Assembly: GCA_028534125.1 (NCBI GenBank)
Contig: CM052845.1
Span: 24,118,001-24,182,000, forward strand
DNA length: 64,000 bases
Source of the DNA: Lama glama
Taxonomy: Eukaryota
Direction: 5' to 3'
In this document: positions 61,701 through 64,000 of the stretch, in pieces
How positions within the stretch are numbered: the stretch's first letter is position 1
Layout of the letters: each line of letters begins with the position of its first letter
Program-made: the position numbers and the translations under genes
Notes under the pieces: model-generated
What the model saw: the letters and a program-made list of their open reading frames with translations, nothing else
Database searches by the model: none
Told to the model about the DNA's origin: nothing

Positions 61701-62493
61701 CTGAGGCTCCCCAAGGCTGCCGGGAGGCACGGCGAATGTTTGGTTTTGTTTGTCAGCGGGATGGCAACTCACCACAGGGACCACGGGCGTTTCTAAACAT
61801 AGCGTGCGGGGACACGCACGCCAGCGTCTGAGGCCCAGCCGCTCGGGCGTGAACAGATTTGCTTTTTTGCCACGTGTATTGTTAATGTAGCAAAATTATC
61901 TTTGCTACAGGCTCCCTCTGAACTTGACTCGGTCCCCATCAACTCCATCCCACCGACAGTCTTTTCCAAAAAGCCCTTGCTTTCGGTGACCTTTTAGATT
62001 CCAGTTCTGGAAGGTGCGTGAAGAGGAGTGAAGTCAAGGAGCACTTTCTGAAGGTCCTGCCTTGTGCCATAAACCAGGGGCTCGGAGCCAGTCTACCAGG
62101 CACTCCCAGGATCAGCCGGGATCTCCCAGGGTCTACCAGATTTACCCAGGATCTCCCAGGATCAGCCGGGATCCCGTGTGGCACTCCAACACAATCTGCT
62201 GTGCAGCCGGCCCCGCCGTGTCCCCCTCTGGCGCTGGACACGGGCACTGGGGGCACCAGAATCCCTCCCTCCCCAGACCAGTCCGCCTCCAGGTCTCAGG
62301 GCCTGGAGAAAGCTTCCTGCCATGAGTCAGATGAAGCTCGTAATCAAAAAAGCTTTGACAGGTCGAATCAGTGAAATCCAACTTACTTTTTCGCTGCATA
62401 CTCATCCAGGAGGTACCTTGTTTGAATATTACGGTACGACTGGTCGAAGTGTTTGTGTCTCTTCTGGTAGAAAGGCAGGGTGACAAGGGACAT
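16662..62493 (-). CDS. MYOM2: Myomesin-2 (M-protein), multi-exon gene, 3'-incomplete in this window (coding exons 2-32, 3806 nt, ~1268 codons)
   Basis: Spliced translation starts MSLVTLPFYQKRHKHFDQSYRNIQTRYLLDEYAAKK and runs through Ig-Ig-Fn3x5-Ig modules to ...FMKYFMEDMKVNWYHK, matching the MYOM2 protein as I recall it. All 31 exons have AG/GT boundaries and consistent phases. Confidence 0.98.
17590..17900 (+). mobile_element. Possible very old L1 (L1ME-like) fragment
   Basis: Degenerate match to the ttcc..gaattca.cc.aag.aaat...aaggtgtgcat...tgtcc block of the L1 ORF2 end. Confidence 0.35.
18978..19016 (-). CDS. MYOM2: MYOM2 exon 31 (helical linker Mp11-Mp12)
   Basis: VYEDMILAMSRVC; tttcag|...|gtaagt; 39 nt, phase 1-1. 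Confidence 0.93.
19543..19630 (-). CDS. MYOM2: MYOM2 exon 30
   Basis: LSKKDHGEYKATLKDERGQDVSVLEVAGK; 88 nt. Confidence 0.95.
19798..19911 (-). CDS. MYOM2: MYOM2 exon 29
   Basis: VANTKKETVFKWLKDDVLYETDKAPDLEKGVCELLIPK; 114 nt. Confidence 0.95.
21157..21224 (-). CDS. MYOM2: MYOM2 exon 28 (Ig Mp11)
   Basis: GPHFAEYLHWDVTDKCEVRLVCK; 68 nt. Confidence 0.94.
22529..22588 (-). CDS. MYOM2: MYOM2 exon 27 (helical linker Mp10-Mp11)
   Basis: AFKAVLKEAEFQRKEFLRKQ; tttag|...|gtaggt; 60 nt, phase 1-1. Confidence 0.93.
22691..22835 (-). CDS. MYOM2: MYOM2 exon 26
   Basis: AHRIKCDKSTGIVEMVMDRFTEDNEGTYTVQLHDGKAKSQSSLVLIGD; 145 nt. Confidence 0.95.
22942..23172 (+). mobile_element. LINE-1 3'UTR fragment (intron 25)
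   Basis: ggagggataaactggg...aaggtcctactgtg...cacagggaactatattcagtacc...aactgaatcactgtgctgcacgccagaaactaac...cacttcaattaa. Confidence 0.85.
24265..24357 (-). mobile_element. LINE-1 3'UTR fragment, antisense
   Basis: ttcttttcattacgagccacgacaaggtgctgaatatggtcccctgtgctgtac, the reverse complement of the same L1 tail. Confidence 0.65.
24985..25232 (+). mobile_element. LINE-1 3'UTR fragment (intron 25)
   Basis: aacagcaaggttctaccgtgcagcacggggaac...ctgaaccactgtgctgcacgccagaagctaactcaacac...cacttcaactaagaaa, paralogous to 22942-23172. Confidence 0.75.
25552..25688 (-). CDS. MYOM2: MYOM2 exon 25 (Ig Mp10)
   Basis: TIPLKSELAYEVFDKGQVRFWLQAEHLSPDASYRFVINDREVSDSE; 137 nt. Confidence 0.95.
26167..26211 (-). 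CDS. MYOM2: MYOM2 exon 24 (helical linker Mp9-Mp10)
   Basis: ELDRLMALSNEIKNP; ttctag|...|gtaagt; 45 nt, phase 1-1. Confidence 0.93.
27816..27922 (-). CDS. MYOM2: MYOM2 exon 23
   Basis: SKLYFKNPDKSDIGTYSVSVSDTDGVSSSLVLDEE; 107 nt. Confidence 0.95.
28012..28168 (-). CDS. MYOM2: MYOM2 exon 22 (Ig Mp9)
   Basis: GTKEVSAGVDEEGNIYLSFDCQEMTDASHFTWCKSYEDIAGDERFRVETVGDH; 157 nt. Confidence 0.95.
28403..28412. promoter_or_regulatory. CArG box CCTTTTATGG (SRF consensus) in intron 21
   Basis: Exact CC(W)6GG match; motif only. Confidence 0.3.
29086..29200 (-). CDS. MYOM2: MYOM2 exon 21
   Basis: VCDLHQGKTYVFRVRAVNASGVGRPSDTSEPVLVEARP; 115 nt. Confidence 0.95.
30327..30505 (-). CDS. MYOM2: MYOM2 exon 20 (Fn3 Mp8)
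   Basis: GPAYDLTFCEVRDTSLVMLWKAPVYSGSSPISGYFVDYKEEDSGEWITVNEAATTNRYLK; 179 nt. Confidence 0.95.
31302..31428 (-). CDS. MYOM2: MYOM2 exon 19
   Basis: VEGLTEGSTYEFKIAAANLVGIGEPSDPSEPFKCEAWTAPQP; 127 nt. Confidence 0.95.
32861..33048 (-). CDS. MYOM2: MYOM2 exon 18 (Fn3 Mp7)
   Basis: TVPSYPYGITLLNCDGHAMTLGWKVPKFSGGSPILGYYIDKREAHHTNWHEVNSLPLKERILT; 188 nt. Confidence 0.95.
33462..33491. repeat. 10-bp tandem repeat, 3 copies
   Basis: (gtgaccagtg)3. Confidence 0.9.
34648..34769 (-). CDS. MYOM2: MYOM2 exon 17
   Basis: FVVHGLTTGEQYIFRVKAVNAVGTSENSQESDVIKVQAAL; 122 nt. Confidence 0.95.
35300..35445 (+). mobile_element. MIR SINE fragment (intron 16)
   Basis: caagctgcctgacctctg...ccttccgtctgtaaaatgggatcatagtacctac. 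Confidence 0.7.
36204..36378 (-). CDS. MYOM2: MYOM2 exon 16 (Fn3 Mp6)
   Basis: AVPSAPGRVLASRNTKTSVVVQWDRPKHEEDLLGYYVDCCVAGSKVWEPCNHKPIGYNR; 175 nt. Confidence 0.95.
36770..36880 (+). mobile_element. tRNA-derived SINE (camelid vic-1-like) with poly(A) tail and target-site duplication
   Basis: gggggagggcgcagctcagcgctagagcg...gaggtcctggggtcaatccccagcacctc...A-tail; AAAATCAAACC at 36758-36768 and again at 36878-36888. Confidence 0.88.
37234..37417 (-). CDS. MYOM2: MYOM2 exon 15
   Basis: SVVGSGSWQRVNAQTAVRSPRYAVFDLADGKSYVFRVLSANKHGLSDPSEITAPVQAQDTI; 184 nt. Confidence 0.95.
38332..38420. repeat. 9-bp GC-rich minisatellite (intron 14)
   Basis: Variants of ccccgtgtg / ccccgggta in tandem. Confidence 0.85.
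38613..38740 (-). CDS. MYOM2: MYOM2 exon 14 (Fn3 Mp5)
   Basis: EVQIPAPPTNVHVSETSRTYVVLSWDPPAHRGKDPLMYFIEK; 128 nt. Confidence 0.95.
43200..43253 (-). CDS. MYOM2: MYOM2 exon 13 (Mp4-Mp5 linker)
   Basis: AAHLGGHKETVTYQDDLEG; ccgcag|CAG...GAAG|gtaagg; 54 nt, phase 1-1. Confidence 0.9.
43847..44046 (-). CDS. MYOM2: MYOM2 exon 12 (Fn3 Mp4, C-half)
   Basis: CEVGTDNWVQCNDAPVKICKYPVTGLLEGRSYIFRVRAVNSAGTSRPSRVSEAVAALDPLDLKRLH; 200 nt. Confidence 0.95.
46081..46222 (-). CDS. MYOM2: MYOM2 exon 11 (Fn3 Mp4, N-half)
   Basis: DADPLVTGAPGAPMDLQCHDANRDYVIVTWKPPNTTTESPVLGYFIDR; 142 nt. Confidence 0.95.
48267..48428 (-). CDS. MYOM2: MYOM2 exon 10
   Basis: DVLLKESQWTKMFFGEGQASLSFSHLNKDDEGLYTLRIVSRGGVRDHSAFLFVR; 162 nt. 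Confidence 0.95.
50620..50842 (+). mobile_element. MIR-like SINE, diverged (intron 9)
   Basis: gccaggcggcccgggttcgagtcccagctcggcc...gaagatcaagtgagtta.cagcactcagagcagagtcgggcacag...tagctgttgtt. Confidence 0.6.
51124..51288 (-). CDS. MYOM2: MYOM2 exon 9 (Ig Mp3)
   Basis: LPLSPVIPYMHFDVQFVEKFGVTFRREGETLTLKCLLLVTPELKRVQPRAEWYRD; 165 nt. Confidence 0.95.
51375..51717 (+). mobile_element. MLT1-type (MaLR) solo LTR (intron 8)
   Basis: catgtcgaagccct...ttagggttgaatggggtca...gggatcagtgccct...gagaaggtggc..ctgca...ccttgaccttgg...gttacagc.cctgagctgaccaagaca terminus. Confidence 0.75.
52023..52073 (-). CDS. MYOM2: MYOM2 exon 8 (Mp2-Mp3 linker)
   Basis: RFRGDEEPFRSVGLPIG; tgcag|...|gtaagt; 51 nt, phase 1-1. 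Confidence 0.93.
52165..52253 (-). CDS. MYOM2: MYOM2 exon 7
   Basis: ADFDDSATYSAVATNVHGQVSTNAAVVVR; 89 nt. Confidence 0.95.
54208..54217 (+). promoter_or_regulatory. MEF2 consensus site CTAAAAATAA in MYOM2 intron 6
   Basis: Exact YTA(W)4TAR match; motif only, no functional data. Confidence 0.45.
56172..56264 (-). CDS. MYOM2: MYOM2 exon 6
   Basis: YKDGSLICQAGEPGKYSIESKYGVHTLEINR; 93 nt, AG/GT flanked. Confidence 0.95.
57314..57471 (-). CDS. MYOM2: MYOM2 exon 5 (start of Ig Mp2)
   Basis: VDDRLAWERPSYEERLSRAPEILVRLRSHTVWERMPVKLCFTVQGFPTPVVQW; cag|...|gtgagt; 158 nt. Confidence 0.95.
57557..57695 (-). CDS. MYOM2: MYOM2 exon 4
   Basis: YQSLVAAYGEAKRERFLRELAQLEEDVHLARSHAQDKLDRFALQHM; cag|...|gtaggg; 139 nt. 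Confidence 0.95.
61128..61289 (-). CDS. MYOM2: MYOM2 exon 3 (head domain Mp1)
   Basis: ccaag|G CGT...AGG AG|gtaa; RTSTRSSSQKTVAQKSSSQRASSQTAEGATTCRICAKRVSAALEEEEAQETKRR; 162 nt. Confidence 0.93.
62091..62175. repeat. 10-bp minisatellite (intron 2)
   Basis: gtctaccagg cactcccagg atcagccggg atctcccagg gtctaccaga tttacccagg atctcccagg atcagccggg. Confidence 0.85.
62387..62493 (-). CDS. MYOM2: MYOM2 exon 2, coding part with start codon (exon begins at 62505, 12 nt 5'UTR)
   Basis: cgcag|GTGAACACAAAG ATG TCC CTT...GCG AAA AA|gtaagt; MSLVTLPFYQKRHKHFDQSYRNIQTRYLLDEYAAK; 107 coding nt. Confidence 0.96.
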
Positions 62494-62627
62494 CTTTGTG
62501 TTCACCTGCGAACAGAGAGCCACAGCAGAGCTGAGGTCCTGAAAGTTCTAAAGCAGTCGGGCTCCTGCAGTGCCTAACGTGCTGCGTTGTTCCAAAGCCG
62601 GAAATCAACTCCAAGTAATAAACCCTT

Positions 62628-63102
62628 TTACTGCTCGGCCATAAAAAGGAACGAAATAGTGGCATCTGCAGCAACATGGACGAACTTGGGGTTGCCATAC
62701 TAAGTGAAGTAAGTGAGTCAGACATAGAAAGATAAATATTACATGGTATCACTGATGTGTGGAATCTTTACAAAATGATACAAGTGAGCTTATTTATAAA
62801 ACAGAGAGTCTCAGACATAAAAAACAAACTTACGGTTACCAAAGGGGACAGGCAGGGGAGGGGTAAATTAGGAGTTTGGAGATTAACATACATAGTAAAA
62901 CCGAGAACCAACGGGGTCCTACTGGACAGCACAGGGAACTACACCCAGTGTCTGGTAACAGCCTCCAATGGAAGTGACTCGATAAAGAACAGATGCGTGG
63001 ATACATACATGCACGTATAACTGAGTCACTTCGCTGCACTGACACACTGTAGATCAACAGTACTTCAAGTGAGAAAAGGAAAAAAATAAAAAATTTTAAA
63101 AA
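62628..63102 (+). mobile_element. LINE-1 3' end in intron 1, antisense to MYOM2
   Basis: gccataaaaaggaacgaaata...gcagcaacatgga...actaagtgaagtaag...ggttaccaaagggg...cagcacagggaact...A-rich tail. Confidence 0.9.
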
Positions 63103-64000
63103 CCTTCTTGGCGGGGGAGGGAAGTAAAAGAAGGAGATGTGCGAGGAAATGATCTCGGGCACCTGTCCCATTCCCTGGGACCTGATCTCATTTCGCGTTT
63201 GCGTCCATCAAAATCAGAAGCTTGGGCTGCACGTCTCACTTCACTGTAAACTCAGCTGCCGTCTACAGAAGCCTGCGTGTGTTCACGGCACTGCGCACGG
63301 CCACACGTGAGATAAGGACAAAAATAAAACTCAGATTAGGGATGTAAACAAACCCTGAGGGCACAGGAGACGAGGAGATAAGGCTCCGCGAAGCGAGGAG
63401 GGAGCACGCAGGGCAGCGCGGGGCCGCGGGCCGCCCCGGAGGCCCTGAAGCAGGTGACGTGTTAGAACAGCCCTGACGTCTGGGGAGCTGACAGGGGAGA
63501 TGGCGGTGCGGGGAGGGCATCCCAGGAGGCAGGCAGGAGGCAGGAAAACACAGGATCTCAGGACACGAAAGAGGAGACGGGAGAAGCCACTCTGGAAAGA
63601 CCAGGACCACGGGTGGAGGGCTCGGCGTCTGCGGCAGGAGTCAGAGCCTCTCGCTGCTCCGGAGGGGGCTTGGAAGAGGAACGAGTCTCCAGGACCCTTC
63701 CAGACCCTCCCTTCTAAAAGCACATCTCACGGCTACTTGCAGATTCGCTGGGCTGGAAGGGCAGGAGTGGGGACTGAGCCCAGCATGGCAGCCTGGGGGA
63801 CGTGGGGAAGGGAGCGCTTTTCGGCTAAATTCTCCCCCAACGAGAAGTCACTGAGACCCGGCCAGCAGCCTGGGACGTGGGGGGGCCAGCGCGGGCGGGC
63901 GGAGGCCCTCTGCCGCACACGATCCCCCAGGGAAAGGAAACGCCAACTTCCTGGGCACCGGGCTCTTTCTGAAAAAGGCGTGCGGACAGCACCCCTAACT

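Noticed and set aside
16662-62493. MYOM2 as a pseudogene, or as MYOM1/MYOM3
   Set aside because: No stops or frameshifts in 31 exons. The N-terminus and linkers are MYOM2-specific, and the missing 3' end coincides with an assembly gap.
62506-64000. MYOM2 exon 1 / promoter
   Set aside because: No convincing donor plus TATA/MEF2 arrangement; treated as intron 1, with the promoter presumably outside the window

Overview
Mammalian genomic DNA, GC-rich and CpG-retaining. It is probably camelid, judging from a tRNA-derived SINE and artiodactyl-type L1 3' ends. The right ~46 kb (16662-62505, minus strand) holds the myomesin-2 / M-protein gene MYOM2. I traced 31 consecutive coding exons by hand (exons 2-32, numbered after the human gene from memory). 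All have GT-AG boundaries and join in frame without stops: 3806 nt from the ATG at 62493, encoding the unique head, 2 Ig domains, 5 Fn3 domains and the C-terminal Ig/helix modules up to mid-Mp12. I did not find the non-coding first exon or promoter; they presumably lie beyond 64000. The last coding exons (33-37) are not recognisable anywhere in the window. A 500-N scaffold gap (15588-16087) follows exon 32. The 15.6 kb left of it has no recognisable protein-coding exon, only repeats (L1, MLT2, MIR) and three CpG-rich segments, two of them promoter-like. There is no prokaryotic system, CRISPR array or RNA gene, and I cannot support a wholly new biological system. The best leads are the orphan CpG-island promoter, the frame-preserving mini-exons encoding MYOM2's linker helices, a CxxC beside the PKA site, an intronic muscle-enhancer motif cluster and GC-biased decay of repeats.
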